Below, one piece after another: positions 1 through 10,289 of a DNA stretch of 39,624 nucleotides; position 1 is the first letter of the stretch; every line of letters starts with the position of its first letter. Location: positions 1 to 39,624 of the forward strand of contig JAZSQY010000005.1 of NCBI GenBank assembly GCA_045538225.1, in the 5' to 3' direction. The notes below the pieces were generated by a model. That model saw only the letters and a program-made list of their open reading frames with translations, made no database searches and was not told where the DNA came from. This stretch comes from Clostridia bacterium. Its GTDB lineage: Bacteria > Bacillota > Clostridia > Christensenellales > UBA1242. Both the position numbers and the translations under genes were made by a program.

Positions 1-2358
1 ACAGTTTTTGCTAAAATAACTTTGTTTACGACTGGCATAAAACAAAATCCAAGCCCGCATTAAACGACCATTTGTTATTTGATTTTCCTTTAACCATTCA
101 CGCCATACATCTAATAATGGTAATTTTTGATTTTGATCAGCGAACTGCCAATAATATTGTACATTCCCAACCAAGATTGTTTCACCTTGTCGATTCACAA
201 ATGTATCTGTTTTATGCACTTCAATCAATCGGGACAACGAAACTAAATCAGAACAGGCACAAATTAAATTTTTGGAAAATTGCTTACTTGGTTTCCCCAC
301 TTTTTTACCACGAATTAAATTTGGTAAGTGCGAATCAGGGAAATATTCTTCCCAAATTTTAACATATTTTTCCATGTATTCCGCGCTAAATTGATTTGGT
401 ATATATTTATCTGTTTTCAAAAACAATGTCTTGGTTTTTGTTGATGATTCTTCTACCGTTACTAAACTTTCTAATAAAATTTTTTCTTTGGCTGGTAATT
501 TATCTGATTGTAATCGAGTAGTTAAAAATCGTTCAAACCTGCCCACCAAATTATTCCGCTCTTGACCTTTTTTCAACTGCAAAATTATATCTAAACCACC
601 TAATCGAACTTCTTCGGTTTTATGTTTTAACAAGCGTTCAATACTTTTTATCAAATCGTCATCGTTTTGCTGCAATAAAAGACCCGTAATATTTTCACGG
701 ATATCTGCTGCTTTAAAGCGTAAATGTTCTTCAATTAAACGATATTCATCAGTTGACAACTCTAATTGCGAAACTATCTTACAAGCTTCTGCACGCGTAA
801 ATGATTCTTTATCAACCAAACCATGAAGTACTGTTTGCCGCTGCATTAATGTGGTTGGATTACTTAATAATGCTTGAAAACAATTTGACCGTGAATCAGC
901 ATTACACTCCTTAATTAACGCGCAACATTCATCAATCATTGTCGTATCTTCTGCCAAAGCAGCTAAAGTACACAATACTTCAGCGAGCGCACTTTTCTTA
1001 ATTTCAACTACAAACCACGGGAAGACTGAATGCGTAAAAGTTTTCGTTTTAACATTAAAACTTGCATAGACAGTTTGGAAAATTTGATAATATGTCTTGA
1101 TTTCCGCTTGATTATCAAACCATTTTTCTTGACTAAATGCCTTATAATTTTCACTTAAAACTTTATGAATAGTATAAATTTTTCGCGGCAAAAAATTAAC
1201 CAACCAAACAGCTAATAATTCTTCTTTCGCGTAGTGTTGCTTAATTACAGGTTTTGCAAATTGGTGTCGCACTTCCTGATCTTCGGTATTATAAGTAAAA
1301 TACCCTGCCACCCATATTTGATGATTCGTGCCACCATGAACCAGTTCTTCAACTTTTTGTTTTGCAACACTAATATCATCAACACCATAACTCCACAAAG
1401 CAATATACAACTGCATTGCGTCTTCTGATTTTAAATCATCACAGCGTTGTTTTTCATCAACTAAACATTGCAACATTAAATCTAAACTCTTCTGTGTAAT
1501 CCGGTCGAAATCTTTAAAATTAGCTACAGAAAACCCTAGCCAACAGCCGATTGCGCGTTTTACCGATGAAAAACGCACTAAATTGTTTTCATTGATAACT
1601 TTTAAAAGAGAAATGAACCCAGCCTTTGTTCCGAAATCAGCATTTTCACAAATTGATTGTCGTAACCCTTCTTGCAATCGAGCAGCTAATAACAGCTTGC
1701 CCAACAACTCATAAAAATCCTCGCGATGACTAATCAATATGCCACGAATTAACTCAGTTGTCATTTGTGACGAACTGTTGGCTTCGGTTAATATTCGGCG
1801 TACAGCTTCTTCAACTTTAACATCATGATGGTCTAAAGCATACGCAACCTGCCAAGCACTATAACCACAACCCCGCCAAGCATTTTGCTCTAAAAAAGCT
1901 TGTGCATCATTTGGTAAACTTCGATTCAAAATTTGGTCTAATGGAGCATCAACCATATAAGAGTCAATTGCATGCCTCTTAATCATTTGTGCAATTTGCC
2001 ACGCATAAACATCTTTATTTGTAGAACGGAAAGAACGGCGTCCACTTCCATGCGAGTAAGGATATTCTTGTATTATATCCGCAAAATACAAGATGACATC
2101 TTCAATATTTGTAATTGCGGCATTCTCAAAAAACCACGCAAAATTTTTCTTAATATATTTAGAGACTATCATCTTTGGGTTTTTTAAATCCTCTTCAAAT
2201 TCAGCATAAATTTTTGATCTTGTAACATACCGTAGAAAATTATTTTGATCTTCTGTTAATAATTTCTTAACAGCATTTACGCGTTCACCCAATTTACTCT
2301 CATACTGTGCCGCCAACTGCTTTTTAAAAGCTTTTTCATCAAATGTATTTGCCATCAT
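1..2358 (-). CDS. Large alpha-helical repeat protein, N-terminal 786 codons (3' end lies beyond the window start); tentatively DUF5724/DUF4132-like
   Basis: Absent from the supplied ORF track. Plus-strand triplets read in register 1-3, 4-6, ... contain no tta/cta/tca until tca at 2392-2394. The minus frame is therefore open from the window edge to the tandem ATG-ATG at 2358/2355, preceded by AAAGGAGAA. The translation MMANTFDEKAFKKQLAAQYE...KTEEVRLGGLDIILQLKKGQ...LDVWREWLKENQ is helix-rich with HEAT-like segments. The family name is a recollection, not a search result. Confidence 0.8.
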   Translation of the reverse strand, partial: MMANTFDEKAFKKQLAAQYESKLGERVNAVKKLLTEDQNNFLRYVTRSKIYAEFEEDLKNPKMIVSKYIKKNFAWFFENAAITNIEDVILYFADIIQEYPYSHGSGRRSFRSTNKDVYAWQIAQMIKRHAIDSYMVDAPLDQILNRSLPNDAQAFLEQNAWRGCGYSAWQVAYALDHHDVKVEEAVRRILTEANSSSQMTTELIRGILISHREDFYELLGKLLLAARLQEGLRQSICENADFGTKAGFISLLKVINENNLVRFSSVKRAIGCWLGFSVANFKDFDRITQKSLDLMLQCLVDEKQRCDDLKSEDAMQLYIALWSYGVDDISVAKQKVEELVHGGTNHQIWVAGYFTYNTEDQEVRHQFAKPVIKQHYAKEELLAVWLVNFLPRKIYTIHKVLSENYKAFSQEKWFDNQAEIKTYYQIFQTVYASFNVKTKTFTHSVFPWFVVEIKKSALAEVLCTLAALAEDTTMIDECCALIKECNADSRSNCFQALLSNPTTLMQRQTVLHGLVDKESFTRAEACKIVSQLELSTDEYRLIEEHLRFKAADIRENITGLLLQQNDDDLIKSIERLLKHKTEEVRLGGLDIILQLKKGQERNNLVGRFERFLTTRLQSDKLPAKEKILLESLVTVEESSTKTKTLFLKTDKYIPNQFSAEYMEKYVKIWEEYFPDSHLPNLIRGKKVGKPSKQFSKNLICACSDLVSLSRLIEVHKTDTFVNRQGETILVGNVQYYWQFADQNQKLPLLDVWREWLKENQITNGRLMRAWILFYASRKQSYFSKNC

Positions 2359-2365
2359 TTCTCCT

Positions 2366-2803
2366 TTACCACATACGTCCCGCCAGCATCGTCAACTTTA
2401 CAAAAGTGAAAACATCACCCGCATTGACGGTGATTTTATCATCGATATTAATTATTTCTTTATCGCCTTGAAAGACACGAACCAACCCATCTTTCACTGC
2501 GTTTAAAGCCGTTAAAACTGCCTGTGCTTCATCAATATGGTTTTCGTTGTAATGAACTCCAAAAGTAAACTTACCGATTTCTTGCATACTTGCAAACTGC
2601 TCATCGGTCATAGATGTTAGACTCTTTGCGCGTTCCGCCCGTTCACGAAAAGCTCTTAAACACGTGCGCACACTTTCTTCTATAAGTTCTCGCAAAGTAC
2701 CGGGGACAGTAGACAAGATGAAAGGAAATTCCTTAACCTTTTTGGCAAAATTTCCCAAGTGTTTTAAAGCAATTCGGATTTCAATACCGCCCTTATTTTC
2801 CAC
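2366..2803 (-). CDS. Hypothetical 145-aa protein, tightly coupled to the downstream large helical protein
   Basis: ORF with a GTG start at 2803 preceded by GGAGG. The stop at 2366 lies 7-10 nt before the next gene's ATG. No recognisable motif. Confidence 0.6.
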   Translation of the reverse strand: MENKGGIEIRIALKHLGNFAKKVKEFPFILSTVPGTLRELIEESVRTCLRAFRERAERAKSLTSMTDEQFASMQEIGKFTFGVHYNENHIDEAQAVLTALNAVKDGLVRVFQGDKEIINIDDKITVNAGDVFTFVKLTMLAGRMW

Positions 2804-2831
2804 AGTCCTCCATAAAAAAATGGTCTATTAA

Positions 2832-2860
2832 AGTATAGTTTAAAACAATCTTTCCCGCAA
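2832..2860 (-). promoter_or_regulatory. Putative sigma-70 promoter, TTGCGG-17-TATACT, for the 145-aa / large helical protein operon
   Basis: -35 at 2860-2855 and -10 at 2837-2832, read on the minus strand. GGAGG SD downstream. Confidence 0.4.
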
Positions 2861-2904
2861 GATTATTCTATTTTTAAATATTTTTTAATAAATAATACAA
2901 ATAA

Positions 2905-3645
2905 TTAAAACTTTAATTTTTGAAATTTTCCATGATAAATATTCAAGACAGAACAATTTTCGTCATAATCAAAATCATCATAAAACTCTGCTGGTAAATT
3001 TAAAATATTCATCAACATACATTTGTTAACATTTTTGTGTGCAAAAATAACAACTGTTTCAATGTCGCTTTGCTGGAAGATTTTTTCAATAAAATCTATT
3101 ACTCCATTTAATCTTGTTGAAACATCTATTGGTGATTCACCCAAGAACTGAGGCTTAAAAAATGATATTGTGTTTTTCTGACAATTCTCGTAAATAGTTC
3201 CATACTTTTGTTTCTTGATTTCTCGATCAATCATGTGAAAAGCACCATAAGCTTGTTCCCTAAGCGCATTCAAAACAAAAACATGATCGGAATCATTATC
3301 AAAGTGTAAGCTTTCATTCGCATACTCATAAGTTGCCCTGGCTCTTTGATAAGGCGATACCAAAACAAGTGTTTTATCTTTATCAATACCGTTTGTCGTG
3401 AGATAATCAAATAATTTCTTACCAATTTCTCTCGACTGCGCTACTCCCTTTTCGGTTAAGTCTATTTTAGCGTCTTCAATAACTTGATCTTCATCTAAAA
3501 AAACATTTTCACTTTTCAGTTTTGTTCTTAGTGCATTTGACACAGACTCGCCGTGCCTTACCAGAAACACATTTAATTTTTTAAATAACGCATAAGGAGA
3601 CCGTACTTTGTTTAAAATCTCTAAACCCTCATATCTGTAATACAT
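2905..3645 (-). CDS. Histidine phosphatase family protein (phosphoglycerate-mutase-like)
   Basis: RHG catalytic motif (FLVRHGESVSN). AAGGAGAA SD 7 nt upstream of the ATG at 3645. Confidence 0.8.
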   Translation of the reverse strand: MYYRYEGLEILNKVRSPYALFKKLNVFLVRHGESVSNALRTKLKSENVFLDEDQVIEDAKIDLTEKGVAQSREIGKKLFDYLTTNGIDKDKTLVLVSPYQRARATYEYANESLHFDNDSDHVFVLNALREQAYGAFHMIDREIKKQKYGTIYENCQKNTISFFKPQFLGESPIDVSTRLNGVIDFIEKIFQQSDIETVVIFAHKNVNKCMLMNILNLPAEFYDDFDYDENCSVLNIYHGKFQKLKF

Positions 3646-3683
3646 AAAATTTCTCCTTTATTTTTTTTGTTAATCCCAAAGCC

Positions 3684-4826
3684 TTACAAACTACCTGCAA
3701 CAATCTTTCCACTTGTCCACGCCCACTGTAAATTATATCCGCCACACATACCATCAACATTAACAACCTCACCAGCAAAGTATAAATTATTAACACGTTT
3801 GTGTTGAAGGTTTTCATCCAAGTCATTTAAATCAACCCCACCTGTATGAACTTGGTTATTATCCGAATAACCAACAAAATTTACTGTGAAATTTTTCATA
3901 AAATGAACTAACTGCTTAAAATCATTATCCGTACAATCTTTAGCTAACTTTTTATCCAAAGAAAGTTTTTCCAAAATGTTTTTGGCTAAGCTTTTGTGTA
4001 AAAAACCCTCAACAATATCGACTAACAAATAATCAGGATTATTTTGCACACTTGTTTGAACCATATCAAACACAGTTCTTTGGTCCAAACCAGATAATAA
4101 ATCTATAGTTATTTTCCCTGTACCAATTTTGTTTCTTGCCAAATAAGCAGACAAATTAAAAATTACAATTCCACTGACTCCGTCTTCCTTAAACAAAATT
4201 TCCCCAGTTTCTTTGAAATCATTAAAACTTACTTTGACATTGCTGACACGAACACCAGCCAGTCCTTTATTTTTCGTAGTTTTTAATCCCACCAAACTTG
4301 GCTTAAAACCCACGTATTCAACATGCAATTGTTTCAAATATTCAGTGCCACTGTTACCACCTGTCGCAATGACCAATTTGTTACATACATAGGTTCTATT
4401 TTGAGTTGTAATCGAAAACATGTCCTTAACCTTGGCTACCGAAAGCGGTATTGCATTAACAATAGTTCTTACATTCTTTTTTAAACTAAGCGCCTTTAAC
4501 AGTAAATCCAACACCGTATTCGCACTATTCGAAAGCGGATACCTGCGACCTTCTTGATCGGCGAATGTATGTATACCTAAACTTTCGAAATATTTTAACG
4601 TCTGCACATTGTCAAACTTATCAAAATACTGATTAACCAAAGGTGTATTATAGCACGCAGCCTTAATGACATCATTTGTCATGTTACATTTACCATTTCC
4701 TGTTGCTAAAATTTTTTTTCCAATCCTGTCGCTGGACTCAATCAATAATGTACTTTTGGTTGTGTTTAAGGCACACATAATTCCGCTGGCACCCGCACCA
4801 ATAATAATTACTTCATATTTTTCCAT
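3684..4826 (-). CDS. NAD(P)/FAD-dependent oxidoreductase, HI0933/BaiN-like flavoprotein
   Basis: N-terminal Rossmann motif VIIIGAGASG. C-terminal YFAGEVVNVDGMCGGYNLQWAWTSG is typical of the HI0933 family. The likely start is the ATG at 4826 (AAGGAGAA SD); the track's GTG at 4829 is one codon upstream. TGATG overlap with the U32 stop. Confidence 0.85.
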   Translation of the reverse strand: MEKYEVIIIGAGASGIMCALNTTKSTLLIESSDRIGKKILATGNGKCNMTNDVIKAACYNTPLVNQYFDKFDNVQTLKYFESLGIHTFADQEGRRYPLSNSANTVLDLLLKALSLKKNVRTIVNAIPLSVAKVKDMFSITTQNRTYVCNKLVIATGGNSGTEYLKQLHVEYVGFKPSLVGLKTTKNKGLAGVRVSNVKVSFNDFKETGEILFKEDGVSGIVIFNLSAYLARNKIGTGKITIDLLSGLDQRTVFDMVQTSVQNNPDYLLVDIVEGFLHKSLAKNILEKLSLDKKLAKDCTDNDFKQLVHFMKNFTVNFVGYSDNNQVHTGGVDLNDLDENLQHKRVNNLYFAGEVVNVDGMCGGYNLQWAWTSGKIVAGSL

Positions 4827-7000
4827 CACATTCTCCTTAAATCAAAAATTTTACCAGCACCAGTTACCTTTTCATATTTTTCTTCACTAAACAACTCAAA
4901 ATAACAATGTTTGATTTTTATTCTTCTTATCCTATAGCGATTGTTTTTTTCATCTTGGTAAATCAATACGGGACTATAACCACACTTAGTACAATCACGG
5001 CGATACACCTCACGAAACGGACAGTGACACAATGTCATCAATGTCGGATATCCACTAACCAACGCACTTCCACAATTTGTCGCCTGGTCTTTCTCAATCG
5101 ACCAAATGACATTTGCACAACCTAAATCTAACAGCGCTTGCGCGGTATAACGATTATAGACATTTAATCCAATTCCGGCAATTGTTGTATATTGTTTAAC
5201 CCATTTCAAATGTGCATAATTATTCGCAATTATTCCGATCTTCTGTTGATGTAAAATATCATCAAGAATTTGCATCTCTGATTCGGTCGATACAATGGGC
5301 AAATTAAGATACAGCGATGCCTTATTAACTCCTTGCTTGATTAAATCCGCAATTAAATTATTAATGTATTCTGCACTATATTCGGTAGGTGAAATTATAA
5401 CCTCAAAATCATTTAACGCAACGGCTTTTAAGTTGTCTACATTGGATATAAGATAAAAATTCTTTTTTGGAATATCTACAACGGGTTTATAGTTTTGATT
5501 AACTTCACATACTACCGGCAATGTCGAATTGTATTTTTGAAGAATCGCGCTTTCTAATTCAGTAATTGCCTTACGCCTTAAATCATTCATTTCCGACACT
5601 GTCATAAAAACGTTATCTAAGACGCACTCCAAATGGTTTAAGCGAAATTTTGTATCGTTCAGTTTGCTAAATTGCTTCTGAACTTGATCATAGGTCACAG
5701 CCACCGTACGTGCTTTTTCCAACACCTGTTCACTAACTATGGATACGGAAACATCCCGGTAATTAGCAATTAATTGTGCAGGTTGTCCTTCATGCGCCAC
5801 GAAATAAAAATCGACTAATAAATATTTTTCATAATCACTAAGCAATCTTTCTTTGGCTTCACTTTTCAACAAAAACACATCATACCCAGCCGGAACATTC
5901 TGTGTTGAAAAAATTTCTACTAAACCATTGCCTAAAACATTGACATTACCCACACCAATACTTAATTGATTTTTCCCGTGTACCAGGCGTATCGCATCAT
6001 TCAGTCCAATTGTTTCGTTTAATTGTAAAGTAATTTTATAAATGTTTTTAAATTTAGTAGCCGATACAACGCGACCAATTTTCTTTCCCTTATGATTACT
6101 AATTTGCGGATTAATAATATTAAAATTATGCTTCAAATAAGCATCCTCGTTAAAATCTCCGCGCGAAAATAAATCACTTATTTTCGCTTTTTCTTTTGCC
6201 ACATTAAGCGTACTAAAACTATCTATTGCTTGACGATAGGTCCTCGTTACTTGGGCCACATAACTGGCACGTTTTAATCTTCCCTCAAGCTTTAAACAAT
6301 CGACGCCTGCCTCACGCAGTTCTGGTATGCGGTTGATTAAACATAAATCTTTTGCGGATAAATAATACCCTTCCGTCAACAAATTTGAACCATTATATAC
6401 TTTGTAAGGCAAACGACATAATTGTAAACACTTTCCCCTATTCCCACTGTTCCCGTTTTTTATTGAACTCAAATAACAATTTCCCGAAAAAGATACACAT
6501 AAAGCACCTTGCGCAAAATATTCAATTTCTAAATTAGTGCGGGCTTTTATCAGTTTAATATCGGCTAACTTTGTTTCCCTTGCCAAAACAACTCGCTTAA
6601 AACCAAACCTTTCTAAAAACATTGCACCGCTTAGATTATGAATTCCCATTTGTGTACTAGCATGCAAAACAATATTTTGAAAATTATCTAACAGCAATTT
6701 CGCCATTCCCAAATCCTGTATGATAAAGGCGTCTACATGCGCACGCACACAAGCGCGGACAGTTTCTAAAAACTCATCTACTTCACTGTCCTTAATTAAA
6801 ATGTTAATTGTGACATAAACTTTGACATTGTAAATATGCGCGAAATCAACAATTTGTTTAATGTTGTCCGTCGTAAAATTATCCGCTTTGATTCGCGCAT
6901 TAAAAGACTTCAATCCTAAATAAACAGCATCGGCACCATTATAAACCGCTGCATAAAAACTTTTCAAATCACCAACAGGTGCTAACAATTCCATGTCCAT
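4826..7000 (-). CDS. Peptidase U32 family protein (long form, collagenase-like / RlhA-TrhP-type)
   Basis: N-terminus MELLAPVGDLKSFYAAVYNGADAVYLGLKSFNAR and ExGxDxxxxQD-type U32 core. 724 aa with a Cys-rich C-terminus. Confidence 0.85.
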   Translation of the reverse strand: MDMELLAPVGDLKSFYAAVYNGADAVYLGLKSFNARIKADNFTTDNIKQIVDFAHIYNVKVYVTINILIKDSEVDEFLETVRACVRAHVDAFIIQDLGMAKLLLDNFQNIVLHASTQMGIHNLSGAMFLERFGFKRVVLARETKLADIKLIKARTNLEIEYFAQGALCVSFSGNCYLSSIKNGNSGNRGKCLQLCRLPYKVYNGSNLLTEGYYLSAKDLCLINRIPELREAGVDCLKLEGRLKRASYVAQVTRTYRQAIDSFSTLNVAKEKAKISDLFSRGDFNEDAYLKHNFNIINPQISNHKGKKIGRVVSATKFKNIYKITLQLNETIGLNDAIRLVHGKNQLSIGVGNVNVLGNGLVEIFSTQNVPAGYDVFLLKSEAKERLLSDYEKYLLVDFYFVAHEGQPAQLIANYRDVSVSIVSEQVLEKARTVAVTYDQVQKQFSKLNDTKFRLNHLECVLDNVFMTVSEMNDLRRKAITELESAILQKYNSTLPVVCEVNQNYKPVVDIPKKNFYLISNVDNLKAVALNDFEVIISPTEYSAEYINNLIADLIKQGVNKASLYLNLPIVSTESEMQILDDILHQQKIGIIANNYAHLKWVKQYTTIAGIGLNVYNRYTAQALLDLGCANVIWSIEKDQATNCGSALVSGYPTLMTLCHCPFREVYRRDCTKCGYSPVLIYQDEKNNRYRIRRIKIKHCYFELFSEEKYEKVTGAGKIFDLRRM

Positions 7001-7070
7001 TTCTTATATTCATTATTTGATTAAACAATTGATAAGTCAAGAGGATTATCCCTTAATAAACATTATCGCA

Positions 7071-7099
7071 TAGACTTGAAACAAAATACTGTATATAAT
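7071..7099 (+). promoter_or_regulatory. Putative promoter, TAGACT-17-TATAAT, for the PHP gene
   Basis: -35 at 7071-7076 and -10 at 7094-7099, followed by the AAGGAGAAAAA SD and the ATG at 7121. Confidence 0.4.
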
Positions 7100-7120
7100 T
7101 AGGTTAAAGAAGGAGAAAAA

Positions 7121-8023
7121 ATGTTACCGCAACAAAAAAATAAAATAGACCTACACATTCACTCAAACTATTCGGATGGGACCTTATCACCGCATGAGAT
7201 TATTGACTTCGCAGTAGGACATGAAATTACAACAATCTCGATAACCGACCATGACAGCACGAACGCTTATTCAAAAGAAACAATATCTTATGCCAAAGCA
7301 AAAAATGTTAATTTAATAGTTGGAGTCGAAATATCAACCAAACTTACCACTGGCTTTCATGTCCTTGGCTATAATTTTGACTTAAACAACGCAGTATTAC
7401 AAACAACTTTACAAAGATTACGTAACGCCCGCATTGATTACCTTTATGCTGTTTGTAAAAAACTTAATGAATTAGGTTATGTGATTAACCCCAACGATTT
7501 AAAAGATATTCCATCGGTTACTAAAGCTCATATAGCAACTAACATAGTTACTAATTCCGCCAATCAAAATTTATTGCAACAAATATTTGGCCACATACCA
7601 AACAAAGGTGAATTTATCGAAACCATCATGAATGAAGGCTGCCCCGCCTACGTCGAAAAATTTAGCATCACCCCGAATGAAGCCAGCAACATCATTCACG
7701 AGGCAGGTGGCAAAGTCGTCTTGGCGCATCCTGTGTGTTATGGTCACGAAGATGGTGTCAGCAGAGAAACAATCAAAAGTATTGCGACACAGATGCAAGC
7801 CGACGGCATCGAAGCATACTATTTATATGTTAATTACAAAAACCAACTTATTGATGAAACGGCCGAATGGAATCAAGTTGCCAAAGATTTAAATGTTTTT
7901 ACGACAATCGGCAGTGACTTCCACTCACCCGACCCGCTTCGCCCAATGATTGGCTTTACCAATACCAACTTCAAAATATCCTCAGACGAAAGTACAACAA
8001 TTTTAGATAATTTAAAATCATAA
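7121..8023 (+). CDS. PHP domain phosphoesterase (TrpH/YciV-like)
   Basis: IDLHIHSNYSDG PHP metal-binding motif, HDS, and AHP...GSDFH C-terminal motifs. Strong SD AAGGAGAAAAA before the ATG. Confidence 0.85.
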   Translation: MLPQQKNKIDLHIHSNYSDGTLSPHEIIDFAVGHEITTISITDHDSTNAYSKETISYAKAKNVNLIVGVEISTKLTTGFHVLGYNFDLNNAVLQTTLQRLRNARIDYLYAVCKKLNELGYVINPNDLKDIPSVTKAHIATNIVTNSANQNLLQQIFGHIPNKGEFIETIMNEGCPAYVEKFSITPNEASNIIHEAGGKVVLAHPVCYGHEDGVSRETIKSIATQMQADGIEAYYLYVNYKNQLIDETAEWNQVAKDLNVFTTIGSDFHSPDPLRPMIGFTNTNFKISSDESTTILDNLKS

Positions 8024-8033
8024 CAAACTTTTT

Positions 8034-9146
8034 TTACTTACCTTGTTCTTGTTCGTTTTTGGTTGCTCTTAGTTTCATAAATAATTGGATAAATTGTGAT
8101 TTCTTTTTTTGTGTTTCTACATTATTTGTAGACGCGACTTTTCCGGCAGTTTGTTGCATAGGGACAACATTTTTTGTTTCGGTACTTTGCTCTGTTTCTT
8201 TAAGGGCATCTGCTCTTTCTTTTTCAATTAAATTTTTTTGAACCTTGACAAGAATTTTATTTACGTCATAACCACTTGTCGCTAATTTCCCCAAAAAATC
8301 ATTGAAAGACTTTTGCATCAATAATTCCATCGCCAAGCATTTGCGTAAATCATTGTCACCAAAAAATTTACTTTGCATAAGATGAGAAATTAAATGTATT
8401 TGCCACTCTTTATCCACCTTTCCATTCTCGTTAAAATACAAAACTTCGGGGTTTAATAAAGTTGTCACCTTTCCTTCAGGATCTTTGCGGTCAAAATTGA
8501 TAAATTTAATCATTGAATTTTCACCTGCATCTAACAAGGCAGAAAAATCTTTAACTAAATCTCCATTGTTTAAATGTTGGTTGTAATGATTATTTTGATT
8601 AATCATTTCTTCACTTTCGGCGTCTTTTTCTTTCCCTGAATGCGCCCTATATGTGGTGCTTAAAAATTGATAAACATCATGCATTGCTGCTATTTGCAAC
8701 AAATATTCCGATTCTTTCTTAGTTGCCGGCTTGCCACTTTTTTCATTAATTTCTTTAATTCGGTCTTCAGTAATTTCAAACTTTTTCAAACGATTACCTA
8801 TCATTTGTTTATAATTCAACTGCAAGTATTTAGTGTTTTGATTCATGCACCCAACTAAATTAACTAAATCGTCAACAATCTTATCTTCACTAACTTTTGT
8901 TATATCGGTCCCGTAATCAACAGATAAACCTTTCAAATAATCATTTTCAAGTTTAGCGTCTACTACTTGTTCAAACACCTTTTCATAATGTTTACGTAAA
9001 TTTGCATTTTCAGGAATGTTAGGAATTTGATTTAACGCAGCACTTAAATAAGCAGTTAAAAAACCACCGCTTACCACAAAAATTATTACGGATTCGTAAC
9101 TGTTAAAGACATTATTCTCCATATAATCGCTCATGAATGGTATCAT
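8034..9146 (-). CDS. Hypothetical membrane-anchored protein (one N-terminal TM, charged low-complexity C-terminus)
   Basis: 370-aa ORF with a hydrophobic segment ESVIIFVVSGGFLTAYLSAAL. No recognisable catalytic motif. Confidence 0.55.
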   Translation of the reverse strand: MIPFMSDYMENNVFNSYESVIIFVVSGGFLTAYLSAALNQIPNIPENANLRKHYEKVFEQVVDAKLENDYLKGLSVDYGTDITKVSEDKIVDDLVNLVGCMNQNTKYLQLNYKQMIGNRLKKFEITEDRIKEINEKSGKPATKKESEYLLQIAAMHDVYQFLSTTYRAHSGKEKDAESEEMINQNNHYNQHLNNGDLVKDFSALLDAGENSMIKFINFDRKDPEGKVTTLLNPEVLYFNENGKVDKEWQIHLISHLMQSKFFGDNDLRKCLAMELLMQKSFNDFLGKLATSGYDVNKILVKVQKNLIEKERADALKETEQSTETKNVVPMQQTAGKVASTNNVETQKKKSQFIQLFMKLRATKNEQEQGK

Positions 9147-9192
9147 ACCATAAACAATTAAGTTAAATCAATATCATAAAAAATTTCTTATA

Positions 9193-9669
9193 TTACTGAC
9201 CAACGCAATGACTAAGGTTATCAAATTTATCTTTCAAGATTAAATTTTTAATGAATTCCGGACGAATATCAATTTTTTCCATTTCTTCACGATTCACCCA
9301 ACGGATTTCATTTTTGATCATTTTGGTTCGACCTTTTTCCATACGAACAAAATTTTCTGTCGACACTTTTTCTTTTGGTTTCGCTAAAAAATAAAAAATT
9401 ACCGAATGAATATCGATGCCATTCTTTTTGTAAAACTCCTCACTAATCACCGCCAGTTTTTGGATAACAACTTCAATACCAACTTCCTCCAAAATTTCAC
9501 GCATTACCGCTTTTTCACTGGTTTCGCCAATTTCAACGTGACCACCGGGTAAATGATAATACGGCGCATCATTAACACAAATTAACAAAAACTTATTATC
9601 TTGCTCCACAATCGCACGCGCACAATAATTAAACATTGATGCACTCTCAGTTTTAATTTTTACATCCAT
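9193..9669 (-). CDS. NUDIX hydrolase
   Basis: Nudix box GGHVEIGETSEKAVMREILEEVGIE. Confidence 0.85.
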   Translation of the reverse strand: MDVKIKTESASMFNYCARAIVEQDNKFLLICVNDAPYYHLPGGHVEIGETSEKAVMREILEEVGIEVVIQKLAVISEEFYKKNGIDIHSVIFYFLAKPKEKVSTENFVRMEKGRTKMIKNEIRWVNREEMEKIDIRPEFIKNLILKDKFDNLSHCVGQ

Positions 9670-9704
9670 ATCTTATGATAACATTTTTCGACACACTTGT
9701 CCAC

Positions 9705-10289
9705 TTATTTAACAGTCAATCTCGCTTGATACCATTTGGCAAAATCATCCAAAGCAGTACCCCAATATTTTGCTTCTTTTTGATAATCTTGTTCTTGCAA
9801 TTCAGATAAAGTTTGCCTTTCTCCATCCGGTATATAAAACTTTGAATGCCAACGTCCCAAGTTGCCCCGACTCTCAAAAGCAATTGTTCCGGTACTTCCA
9901 CCACTAAAGACAATTGGGTCCTTTCCCGGTTCGCAATATGCAAAACAATGTTCCAAACGTGCCTTACGATTACTTTCGTTTTTTAACAGTTCTAGAAACT
10001 TCTCAACACCAATCTGTTTATCAAAGTACGCATTATAAGGCCCTGGCAAGCCGCCTAACGCATCAACATATAATCCGCTATCAGATTTCAACACCGCACA
10101 CCCCAGTTTTTCGGCGGCATATTTAGCACTAAAACCAGCGACCTCCGCACACGTTTTTGCCTGTATCTCAAGAATATCAAAATCGGGATTTACTATTTCC
10201 ACGGCGAAGCCATAACGTTGTTTTAAGAACCGATTTACCTCTTCAACCTTGTGTGGATTAGTCGTTAAATAAATTAATTTCTTATTCAT
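9705..10289 (-). CDS. rdgB: Non-canonical purine NTP pyrophosphatase (RdgB/HAM1 family)
   Basis: Ham1-type N-terminus LIYLTTNPHKVEE and SGLYVDALGGLPGPY motif. SD AAGGAGAGGAA. ATGA overlap with the upstream Nudix gene. Confidence 0.85.
   Translation of the reverse strand: MNKKLIYLTTNPHKVEEVNRFLKQRYGFAVEIVNPDFDILEIQAKTCAEVAGFSAKYAAEKLGCAVLKSDSGLYVDALGGLPGPYNAYFDKQIGVEKFLELLKNESNRKARLEHCFAYCEPGKDPIVFSGGSTGTIAFESRGNLGRWHSKFYIPDGERQTLSELQEQDYQKEAKYWGTALDDFAKWYQARLTVK

Noticed and set aside
2838-2870. Small hairpin (AATCTT-GCGGGA-AAGATT followed by GTTTT, minus-strand reading) after the histidine phosphatase gene, considered as a terminator.
   Set aside because: The stem is 6 bp with a single GC pair and a poor U-tract. 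It also overlaps the putative -35 of the next promoter. This is too weak to call.
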